A stretch of DNA of 64,000 nucleotides, taken from the NCBI RefSeq assembly GCF_026210795.1, contig NC_089434.1, positions 3,224,001-3,288,000 of the forward strand, in the 5' to 3' direction. Below, one piece after another: positions 30,446 through 43,391 of the stretch. The DNA is from Rhizophagus irregularis (Eukaryota). Every line of letters starts with the position of its first letter. The stretch's first letter is position 1. A program made the position numbers and the translations under genes. The notes below the pieces were generated by a model. It worked only from the letters and a program-made list of their open reading frames with translations, was not told the DNA's origin and searched no databases.

Positions 30446-30544
30446 GAATTTGATAATCTAAATTTGATTAACCGTCATACCGGTCGATCAATCTATTTTT
30501 AATAAAAAAAAATTTCATATTCCTTTTATATCCTTACCTCTATT

Positions 30545-30790
30545 TTTTTAAGTTGCCAGACTCTTTGAACGAACCCGGGCTTTGGAATGTAAGTTGGAAA
30601 GATGCGGATTATTTTAATATTAAAGAAACGTTACTAATGTTTCTTTCTCTTATTTTTTTAGGTTCTGGACTCCTTGGACTATCTCAAACTTTAGAATGTA
30701 AGTTGGAAAGGTGATTATTTTAATATTAAAAAAATGTTACTAACGTTTCTTTCTCTTGTTTTTTAGGTTGCCGGACTCCTTGGAGTGAGC
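30545..30790 (+). repeat. Tandem micro-exon/intron units (36-nt exons)
   Basis: Exon-like 30553-30588, 30662-30697 and 30767-; each unit has GAAT|GTAAG, TACTAAY and pyrimidine tract + AG. Confidence 0.7.
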
Positions 30791-31089
30791 GAGAGCTCCG
30801 AACGGGTTAGGTCAGGTTGGGTAACCTATTCTGACTTGATCTGACCCGTCTGACCTGAAAATATTCAGGTTAATTCAGGTCACTTCGGGTAATCAGGTAA
30901 CCTGAAATTTTTACATGAAAAAAAACTCCAATAGTATGTTATTTATGTATACAATTTATAAAATTATTTATATTTATTTTAAATATATTTTATTTTTGAA
31001 TACATTTATTATTTTACATTAATTTGTTGTTAATGGTTTGGAACAATGTTCCAGTTGGTTCGATTCCAATAAACAACTATTAAAACTTA

Positions 31090-32095
31090 ATAGAGAAAAA
31101 AAAAGAAACGTTAAAACGTTTCTCAAAGTCAATTTTAAACGCCACTCTTAAAGAAATGTTTGCCCATTCAAAGTGTCATTCTAGCAAGCCAAAACCTACA
31201 AGGATCAAAAAAAAGAAACATTAGTATGTTTCCATCTTTAATATTAAAAGAATTTCCCTTCTCCCGGTATCTTTGCTGCATAAGTTCAGATTCGTAAGAG
31301 TCTGGCGTTCTACAAGAGAAAAAGGAAAGAAGCGTTAAAAATGTTTCATAATTATAAAACACCACTCTCCCCTTCCCTTATTCCTTACATTCAAAGTCCG
31401 GGTTCGATTTGTTTCCAAGAGTCCGGCGTTCTAATCCTACAAAAAAAATAAAGAAAGAAACGTTAGTACGTTTCTTTAATATTAAAGAAAAAATTCTCCA
31501 TTCCCTATTCCTTACATTATCCAAGTCCAGGTTCATTTTCAAGAGTCTGGCGTCCTAGTCCTACAAAAAAAATAAAGAAAGAAACATTAGTACGTTTCTT
31601 TAATATTAAAGAAAAATTCTCCATTCCCTATTCCTTACATTATCCAAGTCCGGGTTCATTTTCAAGAGTCCGGCGTCCTAGTCCTACAAAAAAAAATAAA
31701 GAACCGTTAGTACATTTCTTTAATATTAAAGAAAAAATTCCCCATTCCTTATTCCTTACATTATCCAAGTCCGGGTTCATTTTCAAGAATCTGGCGTCCT
31801 AATCCTACAAAAAAAAATAAAGAAAGAAACGTTAGTACGTTTCTTTAATATTAAAGAAAAAATTCCCATTCCCTATTCCTTACATTATCCAAATCTGGGT
31901 TTATTTTCAAGAGTCCGGCGTCCTAGTTTTACAAAAAAAAGAAAGAAACGTTAAAAATGTTTCTTAATTACAAAACAGTAACTCCGACCTCCTTCTCCCA
32001 CATTACCTTTATTGTGTAGGTACAGTTTGTCCTGGTCTCTAAGGGTCCAACGTTCTACAAAAAATAAGAGTCCGACCTACAAAAAAAAAATAAAA
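31090..32095 (-). repeat. Tandem ~122-bp micro-exon/intron array (five near-identical units plus diverged ones)
   Basis: Exon-like 31389-31436, 31516-31560, 31639-31683, 31760-31804, 31884-31928 separated by GTAAGG...TACTAAC...TTTGTAG. Confidence 0.8.
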
Positions 32096-32751
32096 GAAAA
32101 TATAAAAAAAAATGAATTTTTTTTTATATGATGATAAACCGAATATAGCAGTGTCGATTTCAATTGCTTACCGAACCTAGTTTCGCGTTGCCCCTCTGTA
32201 CTCCGGTGAATTTCACCTTAATCAAAATTTTTAAATTTATCCCAGTAAAATTCACCAGATGATTTTATATTACACAAACGCGTAGCACATATTTTGTTTT
32301 TTGCTTTCTTGTAGTATTATTTCCAAAATGGCCAGCTTTTTCTGGAATTTCTTAAGGTAAGATTTTTTTATTTTCTTATTACTTCGCTAGTTTAATGTTC
32401 TTTTTCTTTATGCTAACTTGTTAACTTGTTTTTCAGAAAACAACAATTTCAAATAACTTCAAAGAGTTTAAGGTAAGACTCACTTTTATTACTAGTATTT
32501 TGCTATTTTATTGTTTTCTTTATTGAAAATGATACTAACAGTTTCTTTTATTTTCTATCATCCACTTTATTCCCTTTTCATTTTCTATATCCATTTCACT
32601 CTCTTTTCATTTATTTTCTATTATTTTTTTCGCTCCTTTTGTTTTTATTATTTCATTATTCCCTTCGCCTCCATTTTATTTTTCTATCATGATTCCCTTT
32701 GTTCTTATTTTGTTTTTAATTATCCTTTTCATTTATCATCGTCCCTTTTGC

Positions 32752-33812
32752 TTCCATATTGTTTTTCATCACTCCATATCGCTCCATATCATTTTTCATC
32801 ACTTCACATCGCTCCATATTGTTTTCCATCACTCTACATCACTTCATATCATTTTTCATCACTCCACATCGCTCCATATCATTTTTCATCACTCCATATC
32901 GCTCCATATCGTTTTTCATCACTCCATATTGCTCCATATCATTTTTCATCACTCCATATCGCTCTATATCATTTTTCATCACTCCACATCGCTCCATATT
33001 GTTTTCCATCACTCCACATCGCTTCATATCATTTTTCATCACTCCACATCGCTCCATATCATTTTTCATCACTCCATATCGCTCCATATCGTTTTTCATC
33101 ACTCCATATTGCTCCATATCGTTTTTCATCACTCCATATCGCTCCATATTATTTTTCATCACTCCACATCGCTCCATATTATTTTCTATCACTTCACATC
33201 GCTTCATATCATTTTTCATCACTTCACATCGCTCCATATCATTTTTTATCACTCCATATCGCTCCATATCATTTTTCATCACTCCATATTACTCCATATT
33301 GTTTTTCATCACTCCATATCGCTCCATATCATTTTTCATCACTCCATATCGCTCCATATCATTTTTCATCACTCCATATCACTCCATATCATTTTTCATC
33401 ACTCCATATCGCTCCATATCATTTTTTATCACTCCACATCTAAGGTTGCTTGCCGAAACCTAGGGGTTTAGGCAAGATGGCGTTTCGCCGAAAAGCAAAA
33501 TTCTGCCGAAACTATATTAAAGTTATATTAAAAAACTGGCGAAACTTTGGAGAAAGGCGAAACTGCCGAAACTTATTATAAATGCTGAAACTGCCGAAAC
33601 TCTACCGAAACTATAATAAATCTATAGTAAAATTTTGACGAAACTAATCGTAAGATTTTGAAAAGGTTTAGACAAGCAACCTTATCCACATCGCTCCATA
33701 TTGTTTTTTATCACTCCACACTGCTCCATATCATTTTTATCACTCCATATCGCTCCATATCGTTTTTCATCACTCCATATCGCTCCATATCGTTTTTCAT
33801 CACTCCATATCG
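32752..33812. repeat. 30-bp minisatellite (ACTCCATATC GCTCCATATC ATTTTTCATC), ~23 units plus ~4 after a MITE
   Basis: Direct periodicity visible in the aligned columns; unit made of three 10-bp subunits. Confidence 0.95.
33441..33684. mobile_element. hAT-like MITE (244 bp) inserted in the minisatellite
   Basis: TIR TAAGGTTGCTTGCCGAAACC / GGTTTAGACAAGCAACCTTA; 8-bp TSD TCCACATC; internal GCCGAAAC repeats. Confidence 0.88.
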
Positions 33813-35227
33813 TTTTGCAACATTCCACTTCATTTTTTATCATCTCAATTCGCTTTATATTGTTTCATTTTGTTTTACATCATTTCATTTCTTTTCCATT
33901 TTGTTTTCATCATCCCATTTCACTCCCATTTTATTTTTTCATTATCTCCTTTAATTCCATTTTATTTTCCATCGTTCCATTTTGTTTTACATCATACCAT
34001 TTCACTTCCATTTTGTTTTTTGTCATCCTATTTCGTTTTTCGTCATCTCTTCACTTCTATTTTATTTTCATCATCCTTTCACTCCAATTTCATTTTTCAC
34101 ATTATCCTTTTAATTCACTTTCATTCACTTCATCCCTTTTTCACATATTCATTTCTTTTCCATCATAAAATTATTAATTGTTAACTGAATTATAAAGGAT
34201 TATATCTTATGCATTATTATAGGTTTTAAATTAATAAAAAACCTAAATTAAATGGTTAGTGGATGGGTGTAATGGTATATATAAGTAGGGTTTTGTATTA
34301 TTTAAAGTGATAAAGAGTTTAACTTGCAGTGTAATTCTAGTATAAATAGCATAGTGAGTAGTACAAAGTTTGCATGAACGTTAAATGCATTTTTATTAAT
34401 CCGGATTGACATAAAATCTATGGCCCAATCGCCCAATCAGAATTTGTTATTGTAATCAGGCGATTGATCACATGATTTAAGTGTTTATATTTTGCACTGT
34501 GTTTATTTTTTTTTTCTTTCCATCGTAAAAACCTTTCTCTTAAACTTTTTTATTATTTAAAACAAACTAAACAAACTCTTTACTTAGTTATTATGAAATA
34601 ATATTATTAATATTTTTTTTTATTTTTATATTTAGAAATAAACATAAAGGTATATTTTCATTATACTTGTTTTTTTCTTTTTATATATATATTTTCTATT
34701 GACGTTCTAATATTTTTTTCTTTTCTCCCACTAATGTTTTCTATTACTAACATTTTCTATTAATATTAAATACTACTAACATTTTTATTAACGTTCTTCT
34801 ATTAATATTTTCTATTTTACTAACTTTTCTTTTTTGCTACTAACATTTTACTAATATTTTCTATATTTACCACTAACGTTTTTATTAACATTTCCTTTTT
34901 TCTTTTATTAATTAATACACTTACTAATATTTTCGCTAATATTTCTTTTAAATAATAAACAGATATAACAAAAGCAAGCAAAGAGGTAATTTTATTATCA
35001 TTGCTACTTTCAGTAGAACTTTACATATTACATAGTATAATTATGTTCAACTTTATTTGATTTTTACGTAACAGATAGTGTAAGATTTGTATTATTGCTT
35101 TTATGTAAATAAATTTATAAATTTTAATAAAATTGAATTTCATTTAGCCCAAATTAAAATAAAAAAAAGAGATATAAATCTATTAGTTTTAATATGAAAT
35201 TGTCAAACGTATACAATAAAAATATAT

Positions 35228-36382
35228 ATTACCAATATTTTACATATTTTACTACCCGATATATGTGTGTTAAATGTATGATATCTATAATATATATCAA
35301 TGATATTTGACTACCCGATATGTGTAAGATGTGTATATGATGTTTACATGATGTGTCACCGTTTTTCTATGGCAAGCCAAATCGGACAAAAGTCTGTCAA
35401 TGCACAGATAAATTATCACAGTTATTTCTTTCCATTTTTGGTAATTTTTCGCAGATGAACTGTGATGTTTCGCATTTATTATCTGCAAAACTTTCCAAAA
35501 ATTTTTACAGATATTTTTTCTGAATTTTCCCATTTTTTATTATCTGAACTTCAACAGATAATTTATCTGTGCATTAACAGATAATTATCTGGGTAATAGC
35601 AGATAAATTATCATTAAATTTTTATATTTTTTTGTGATAAATTAAAAAAAACATTTTTTAGAAGTCTGAAACTTGTCAAACTTAAACTTTTTTTCATGAT
35701 TTTTTATTTATTGCTTTACAAGGAAAGTTTTTAATGTTTATTAATATACTTTTTATAATATTTTGTTAATAAATAATAATTACTTTATAGTTTTTGATAC
35801 ATAATTTATTTATTATATTTTTATCTTACACTATAACAGAATGAATTTTTTTTTTTAATATCTCAATTGTACTATTTGTTTTTAAATTAAACAAATAAAT
35901 TTTTAAAAATTATTTTAAATTCATATATTTAATACCATTCTCTCTAAAACTAAAATGCAAATTATTATCTTAATAATTAGAATAATTTATCTGTTAAAAT
36001 CTGGATGATTATTTGTTAATATTCAGATAATTATCTGCTAATGTACAGATAAATTATCTGTTGATGCACAGATAATAAAAAATGGGAAAATTTGGAAAAA
36101 ATATCTGTAAAAATTTTTGGAAAGTTTCGCAGATAATATATGCAAAATATCACAGATCATCTGCAAAAAATTACTAAAAATGGCAAAGAATAACTGTGAA
36201 AATTTATCTGTGCATTGACAGACTTTTGTCCGATTTGGCTTGCCATATTTTTCTACATTTATACTACACATATCAGGTACTCGATATGTGTAGTATTGTT
36301 AAATATCATACACATATATTACATATATCATACACATATCAGGTATCCGATATGTACCCAATAGCACCAATTTTGACCAGTG
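35228..36382. mobile_element. CACTA-type MITE remnant hosting the 35370-36245 element
   Basis: TACCCGATAT motifs on both sides of the insert; intact right end TTTTGACCAGTG; left end unclear. Confidence 0.55.
35370..36245. mobile_element. Long-TIR non-autonomous element, probably Mutator-like (876 bp)
   Basis: Perfect terminal TGGCAAGCCAAATCGGACAAAAGTCTGTCAATGCACAGATAAATT inverted repeat extending imperfectly ~250 bp; flanks CGTTTTTCTA / TATTTTTCTA (10-bp TSD with CG>TA). Confidence 0.8.
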
Positions 36383-36611
36383 CATGCCCTTACTGTTTTT
36401 CAAACTAACTTCATAGACATATAGGATACTTGTGAATAGCAAAACGCTTTCTATGTCTAGGATGGGATACTGTGAACATAAATTCTATCAAAAAGTGTAG
36501 TATAGAAAATGAATTCTCTATGGAAAGTGTGAATAATTCCAGTCATTTCTATACTGTAAATAGTAAGATTAGAACCTGTACTTGTCAAATTATTAAGATG
36601 ACCGGTGCACC

Positions 36612-37056
36612 TATAGATGCTGTCAGAATTATTTTTACAATTACGGCACATGCCGTAATGCCGTAATTAAATGCCATAAATTGTAAATACTATGACGCCT
36701 TAAATGCCGTAATTGAATTTAACGCTGTAATGTTATAAATATATATGCCGTAAATGAATAAGACTAAACTTATTTTAGCCAAGTTCGTAATGCTAAATCA
36801 ATTTTTTTTACGTTTTATCACGTGACATTATACAGATTTCCAAAAAAAGAAATTTTGTTCTTCAATAAAATTGAATAATGGGTTACATAAGATTATACGA
36901 ATTTCCAAAAAAGAAAATATCCATGTCGATCATTCAGCATTGTAAAAGTCACGTGATCATAATTAATTACAGCTCCACATTACAGTTACAGCATTATTTA
37001 CAACATATGTCGTAATGCTGAAATGTCATAATTAGGAAATTCTGACAGCACCTATA
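36612..37056. mobile_element. hAT-like MITE (445 bp) inserted in the SWIM motif of element A
   Basis: TIR TATAGATGCTGTCAGAATT / AATTCTGACAGCACCTATA; 8-bp TSD GGTGCACC. Confidence 0.88.
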
Positions 37057-37780
37057 GGTGCACCTTGTAAGCACCAAGGTGTAGTTTCAGTAAAATTTCA
37101 TATATCATGTTTAACTTTGTGCTATCTTTGACTTCTGATAACTGTATAATCTATGCTTACAGGATCCCGCTTACTTCTAATAGAGATCATCGTAAAATTT
37201 TTAAGATTTATATGTAAATTTACCTTACTCTAAATTTTCCTTCTACTAAGTAATTTTACCATCTTTCCAGTTACATTTTTAAATCACATATATTTTTACC
37301 TTACAAGTTCAGTAACATTTATAATTATAAATTATATAAAACATAATTTATTTTATACATTTGGTACTTTTTATTTCTTTTAAAATTGGCCCAATTTTTA
37401 GATATAATTATTTTAAAAAAATGTAAAAAAGTTCCTATTTAAAATAAGTTCGAAATTGATCAATAGTTACAAATATATATATTATTTTTTGACAAAAAAA
37501 AATAAAAAAAAATAACATTTATTCCACCTATCACCTCCAACCATCCAACTTTTCTGTTCTTTGCTTTATTTTATAATTTTTTATATTATACGGATATTTA
37601 TAAAAAATTCTTTTTTACATATTTTACGTGTTTGTGTAATAAATTTGTATGTATCTGTATTTGTGTAATAAAATTTTACGTGTCTGTGTAATGAACTTAT
37701 GCTAAAAAATAATATAATAAATTTTACGTATTTGTGTAATAAAATTTTACATGTCTGTGTAATGAACTTATGCTAAAAAT

Positions 37781-40700
37781 GATACTGGGACAAACTCAAT
37801 GGTATTATAGTATATGCAGCGGATACAGAGCTCCCTAGGAAAGACATTAGGTACCATAAAACCTTTAAATGTTATAACAAGAAAAAATCGAGACCAGAAC
37901 GACATACAAATAAATTACTTAAGCTATTACATAACTATTACTATGGAAACCGACAAATGATCACAACCGAAAACGCCAAATCCAGATGGACAAGTAAAAT
38001 TGCTAAATATAATCAAGACTATGTTACATCGACTAAGGACAATTACAAGTGTAACATAACCACGCATGGCATATTTTCAGAAGAGTGGTTTGATACTCTT
38101 AAAACAAAAGTGAATTACCGCCTGAGAGCGGATTACAAAAAATACAAATCAGCAGAAACGAAGTCTATTAAAGATAGAATAGACAAGAGAGTAGAAATTA
38201 CACGAGATTATCAAACAAAATGGCTATCCAGCATATTAGATAGAAACACTCTCACTAATATAGTTATAGATAAAGTGTTAGTAAATGAGGAAACAGGAAT
38301 TTCGACTAAAAGACTAGCTACAGAACCGAGAGAAGTTAAAAAAGCAGTGGACAATGATTTCGCGAACATGTTTAGGAAAAGAAACACACTGCTGGATACA
38401 ATGACACCAATTTGGCGACAAATTTATGAACCCGTAGGTAAATTCAAAGAAGTGATGGAATCTACAATAGAAAAAATCACTATGGCAGAATGGAATAATA
38501 CCGTTAAAGAATTAAATAAAGAGTCGGCTGCGGGGTTGTCTGGTATAAATTACAGAATCATCTTACAATTGCCTGAGGAATTAATCCTCTTCATGGTCAA
38601 GTTCGGAAACTTGACACTACAAACTGGACTTGTGCCTATGGCATGGAAAACATCGGTCATTCTCCCCATACCTAAGCCCATCAACTTTGAATACAACATT
38701 TTGAATACTCGACCTATTGCATTGTTGGATTGTTTTCGGAAAACCTTTACAAAGATGATCACGAATAGGTTGAGTTCGGTTTTGAAACAATGTAACGTAC
38801 TACAGGGATACAATTGTTGCGGTTTACCCGGAGAATGCACAAGCGAACAAATACACCTAGTTAACAATTTTATAGAGGATGCCAGGGAAAACAGTAAGGA
38901 ACTATGGGTCCTCACACAGGATATGAAAAAGGCGTTTGACTCAGTGGGATTAGAGGTTTTAAAACGAGCCATGCTTCGTATTGACATCCCAGCATCATTG
39001 GTTGAATGGATTATAGCCCTCTTCAAATACAGACACCTTAAAATAGCTACAGCGTATGGACTAAGTGATGGGTTCACCAGAAATGACGGAATTGATCAGG
39101 GCGATGCACTTTCTCCGCTATTGTGGCGAATTTTTTATGATCCGCTGTTGATAAGAATACAGCAAATCAAAGACAGCGGATATGAAATGAAGGTTACCTG
39201 GTCGAATGATATTAATGACCCTATCACATAGACGCAATACAGGCTTCAGGTCCCCGTATGTGCATATATGGATGATACGATATTCTTAGAATCATCAAGA
39301 TTTAGGATGCAAAATATAGTAGATATAGCAAATGAATTCTATATAATTAATGATATTGATATCAATGCTAAGAAGTCAGAATTGATAATCATCAACCCAA
39401 CTGTGGAACGGCACGAACAAAATATTGAACTAGGTCGTGATCGTTCTATAATTCAAGCCACAAATGAGGAAATAAGGTATCTCAGAGTCTGGTTCTCCAA
39501 TAAACCGAGCAGACGACGATGGATGCAACGCCTATCTATGATAGTTAACGATTTTTGTACTATAGTCCGTAGGAAATTTGTTTCAGCTGGTCAATGCATT
39601 TACCTAATCAATAGAGTATTAATACCTAGACTAATATATACAGCTCAAATTATGACATTATCAGAGCATAATTGGAATCACATATTTGCTCCGGTAATGA
39701 AGGTGGTAAAAAATTGGTTGAAATTACCTAAGAACACACCTTCGTCATTATTATTTCATGAGGGATGTCTCGGTATGGATCATCCATGGAAACTCTACTG
39801 CATCAATACCATAACAGACTTAACGATTAGGTTGAATAGTGATTCATACGCAGCGACATCAACACAGATTAGACTCAGAGACGCGCAGCTTAAATCACTC
39901 ATCACGGATCCGATTTTTGACTGCGATCTTCAAGTAATGCCTTGGATAAAGCCTCAAGCCTGGAAAAACGTCTCATTTAATGCATTGGTAATAGCTAAGA
40001 CCCTCGACATGACAATGGCGATAGACCCGATTGATAGATCAATCTGGAGTGTATTAGGGGGAAAGAGCCGATATTAAAGTTCTTTAAACAATATCAACTC
40101 ACAAAATACATATATCGGATAAACCAAAGCCCACATTACCCAATATTCTATATTGATCAATTATTTATCAGGGGTACACATCTTATGACATGGAAACAAT
40201 ATCGTAAATTAGCATTACTCCCGGTACAAGGAAGGGTAGCCAGATGGTATCGTGATGTGACCCATTTGTGCACATCCAGAATAGATAATTTAACGGTAAA
40301 TGATGATCTGGAGCTTGCTAAAGTTAACCATTGGGCCTTTTTAATGGATATCACACCGGACGCACGCCGTAAACAAGTTGTCTATGTTCGGGAACCTTTG
40401 GCTAATTCAGACGCATGGTCAATAGGCAAAGTTAACAAAATACTCCGACACGAACAGGGGATTTTAGTGAATTATCGACCGGGATACAATAATAACGGAA
40501 TCATAGGATGGCAGGGACACGGGACGATCCATACCGGCTTACTATTGCAAGGTGGCAATATTAGAAAAAAGTTCTAATATGCGCGGTTGGAGTTTCCCTA
40601 GTGAATGGTTGTCATCAACTCATCGATCTAACACCATGATACCTGATGATATGGTACCAACAGCGGCCCTAAATCCTATAATTAGTTTACCATTGGTTCA

Positions 40701-42372
40701 AGACATATGGATTCACAGATGGATAGATGATGATAACCTGAAAGCTCAACTAATAGATATTAGAAATATACTAGCAGAGAGAACAGATAAGAGAATATTA
40801 CACAGATGGTTCGCTCATACCAAGCATCCCTACATCAGTGGGCAAACAAAACCCTAATCTAGTGTACACAAATATGGGTGCAGCGTTTTGTGTTAATAAT
40901 GAACCTGCTTTGTCAGCCCAAACAAATTTATCATTATGGCCCTCATCTACACGTGCAGAATTAGTGGCCATTTTCCTGGCATTACTCACAGGTCCTATGA
41001 ATGCAAAAATCAGGATCTATACAGACAGTCAAAGCGCCATCTACATGATCAATAATCAACATAATAAATCAGGCAGGAAACTACTAAAACAGACTAATTC
41101 TTTAATCTTACTCAAGATAGATATTCTTTTACAAGAAAAAAAGATGGATCTAGAATTAGTGAAAGTTAAGGGACATAGTGGAGATGTTATGAATGAAATG
41201 GTAGATGAATTAGCTAAAACTACAAGTAACAACAGCTGCTACTTTAACAACAGGTTTAGCTATAGTAGTAGGACAGTTAGATTTTTTCCAATTTTCAAAC
41301 AGATCCCAATAGAGTACAATTTAAGGAAATTTATCAAAACTCTAATGAATGCTAGAGTGGCAGCAGAATGGTCAATGTTAAAAACCAATGGACATGAAAT
41401 ACCAATTGCCTGGAATATAACATGGAACTTAATTCATAGATATAAAGGGTTTAATTGTATTTCAGTTAAAAAACACTGGCATTTAATTTTTATTATTAAA
41501 CTATTTGCTAAACTTCTTCCTATAGGTACTATCCTGTTACAGCGAAAACCAAATATATACAAAGATTTTGTTTGTCCCAGGTGCAATGCTAATAAAGAAG
41601 AAAACAGATATCATTTTATTGAATGTGATGCCAATAAGGATTTATGGCCTATAATTAAAAGTAGAATGCAAGATGATGTGATTCCTATAATTCAAAAATG
41701 GAGTAACATACCAGAAAACACACCTAAAGCCATAAGTGAGAAATTAAACCAGATACTAGGATTACAACATGATAACAAAAAATTTATTGATTTTAGCTCA
41801 TTGGCCTTGGAAGCTAAAATTAACACCAATATTTCCAAAATTTCAAAACAAACATTTGGATTCTCAGAATCAAAAAACATTTTATTCTTGGCTTCACTTT
41901 TGGACTCCTTTATTATTCACTTTAAAGAACTAATTTGGATACCAAGATGTAATGCTACTATTGCATGGGAAAAGACTAGAAATATTGGAAGAAAAGAAAA
42001 ATTAAATGAATCCGAAAATATGGATCGTTATTTCAAATCCTCTCACCAACAGGTTAAACACTTAAAACAGGATAAACAAACTTTAAAGAAGAACAATTAT
42101 TCAGATTTACAGGAAGATCAAATTGCAGTACTTGATAATATTTCAATTGAGTTGGATTCAGTGCAGTCTGAAAATTCATTAAATGAAAATCACATTATAT
42201 CAAAGTGTTATAGAGTGGGAAAAAAAGCTCAAGATCAGATGAGTTTACTAATCAGTAATAACTGGTGGTATAGCTGGGCATATAAGAAAACAAAAAATAT
42301 TATTAACAATGTTATAATAGATCTAATAACAACATAATTAATTTTACTCTGAACTTAAATTCATTAATTTTG

Positions 42373-42403
<31 letters not shown>

Positions 42404-42578
42404 CAAATCTTGTAGTTCAAATTAATTGGTATAGTATCAACTATCATTTTTCTTTTATTATTTATATTTTGATGATTGCATCCTGCTGGGTGGATATAGC
42501 TCATGATAATTTGTTTGTATGGTATATAAACTTAATATCAATAAAGCATATATAAATCATTAAAAAAAAAAAAAAAAA
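37781..42578 (+). mobile_element. 5'-truncated non-LTR retrotransposon (LINE): RT + RNase H + Cys/His finger, with frameshifts and stops
   Basis: RT motifs RPIALL, QDMKKAFDSV, GIDQGDALSPLLW, YMDDT; RNase H YTDGS, SSTRAEL, YTDSQ, KVKGHSG; CPRC..H...C; poly(A); 17-bp TSD GAACTTA(T/C)GCTAAAAAT at 37764-37780 and 42579-42595. Confidence 0.93.
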
Positions 42579-42708
42579 GAACTTACGCTAAAAATAATAT
42601 AATAAATTTTACATGTTTGTGTAATGAAATTTTACATATCCATGTAATAAACTTGTACTAAAAATAGTATAATAAATTTTATAACTAAAAATAATATAAT
42701 AAATTTTA

Positions 42709-43155
42709 GCACATCTGATATGTGTGTCAGGTTGACAGCGCAGTGTGACGCAGCGATTTTTCCAAAAAAATTAAATTGCAATTTTTTTTATTTAAAATAA
42801 AACCTTTAAATTACTGCACTAAATGTATTTTCGTTTGCTCTGCAAATTTACTTAGAGTATATACAGGCAGTTTAGAAGGCCATTTTCGAGTTATTTAACA
42901 AAAACCATTTTTTTGACAAATCCAATTTTGGAAATAATTGGCAAAGACGATAAAATCAGTTGTTATATACTAAAGTCACAATCTACGACCAAAACCTCCT
43001 TCTGTTTATAAGTGAATTTGTAAAACAGATGAAAATACATCTAATGTATAAATTTGAAAGCATTACATTAAAAAGAAAATCTTCAACTTAGATTTTTTTT
43101 GAATTACCTGTGCCGCCACACTACACCGTCAACCTGACACACATTTCAGACGTGC
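42709..43155. mobile_element. Mutator-like MITE (447 bp) sharing TIRs with MULE element C
   Basis: GCACATCTGATATGTGTGTCAGGTTGAC ... GTCAACCTGACACACATTTCAGACGTGC; 9-bp TSD TAAATTTTA. Confidence 0.9.
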
Positions 43156-43207
43156 TAAATTTTACGTGTCTGTGTAATAAACTTTGTGCTAAAAATAGTA
43201 TATACTA

Positions 43208-43391
43208 CAGTTAAACTTTTATATAATGATATGTCAGGACATATATGAAATTTTTAGAAAATATCATTATATCAAAGTTATACCGATATTTATATGTCCT
43301 CATATATAGTGGGAAAATAAAATTTTATCGGTATATCAAGTTTTTAATAGTATATCGGTATATCGAATATCGGTATATTGAGGTTAAACTG
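43208..43391. mobile_element. Tc1/mariner (pogo-type) MITE
   Basis: TA|CAGTTAAACTTTTATATAATGATA ... TATCGGTATATTGAGGTTAAACTG|TA. Confidence 0.7.

Noticed and set aside
30791..30910. hAT-like left end GAGAGCTCCGAACGGG with GGTCA/TGACC repeats
   Set aside because: No matching right end or TSD found, so not called as a delimited element.
31380..31960. CRISPR-like repeat/spacer appearance
   Set aside because: Whole units are repeated with no unique spacers, there are no cas genes, and the context is eukaryotic.
32511..34184. Long ORFs in several frames (310, 260, 234, 147, 155 aa)
   Set aside because: By-products of the stop-poor 30-bp minisatellite and the adjacent pyrimidine-rich low-complexity DNA.
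38550..41880. Antisense ORFs within the LINE, and similar shadow ORFs over SulP, DDX41, the transposases and the CRN gene
   Set aside because: Opposite-strand or off-frame shadows of real coding sequence with no motifs.
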